In this document: piece by piece, positions 63,948-64,000 of the stretch
Position numbering within the stretch: position 1 is the first letter of the stretch
Layout of the letters: every line of letters starts with the position of its first letter
Assembly: GCA_951406725.2 (NCBI GenBank)
Contig: OX597828.1
Coordinates: 66,402,001 to 66,466,000, forward strand
Reading direction: 5' to 3'
DNA: 64,000 nucleotides
Source of the DNA: Octopus vulgaris
Taxonomy: Eukaryota
The notes under the pieces: model-generated
What the model saw: the letters and a program-made list of their open reading frames with translations, nothing else
Told to the model about the DNA's origin: nothing
Databases searched by the model: none
Position numbers and translations under genes: made by a program

Positions 63948-64000
63948 AAAATAACTGTTAAGGCTTTTGTCAGTTTTCTTTAATTTGGTACTACTTATGA

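Overview
AT-rich, repeat-saturated eukaryotic DNA. The SINE families, RTE tails and dense (TA)n/(CA)n microsatellites look like an octopod cephalopod (inferred from recalled repeat families, not a database search). No intact long host CDS, rRNA, true tRNA or CRISPR array is visible, and almost all listed ORFs are microsatellite or transposon artefacts. Mobile elements: a near-complete DD34E Tc1, DD37D (maT) and older Tc1 remnants, a decayed Merlin element with a nested hAT MITE, Merlin and piggyBac MITEs, three non-autonomous Helitrons, RTE, R4/Dong and L1/Tx1 LINE fragments, a Naiad-like Penelope (GIY-YIG) remnant, and many tRNA-derived SINEs. Two CRE-centred candidate bidirectional promoters with short first exons (~28.3 kb and ~40.8 kb) lie near the edges of a CpG-retaining central domain, flanked by CpG-depleted, gene-body-like arms. 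The main signal is a set of short, often fold-back repeats carrying minimal type-I hammerhead-ribozyme folds. Three unrelated families show covarying core 3:8 pairs (C3-G8, G3-C8, U3-A8), and one carries hammerheads on both strands. Next to them are a Penelope remnant with UGA at a conserved Cys position and RTE LINEs with a PHD-like finger inside the reverse transcriptase. Repeat boundaries are approximate unless TIR/TSD positions are quoted.
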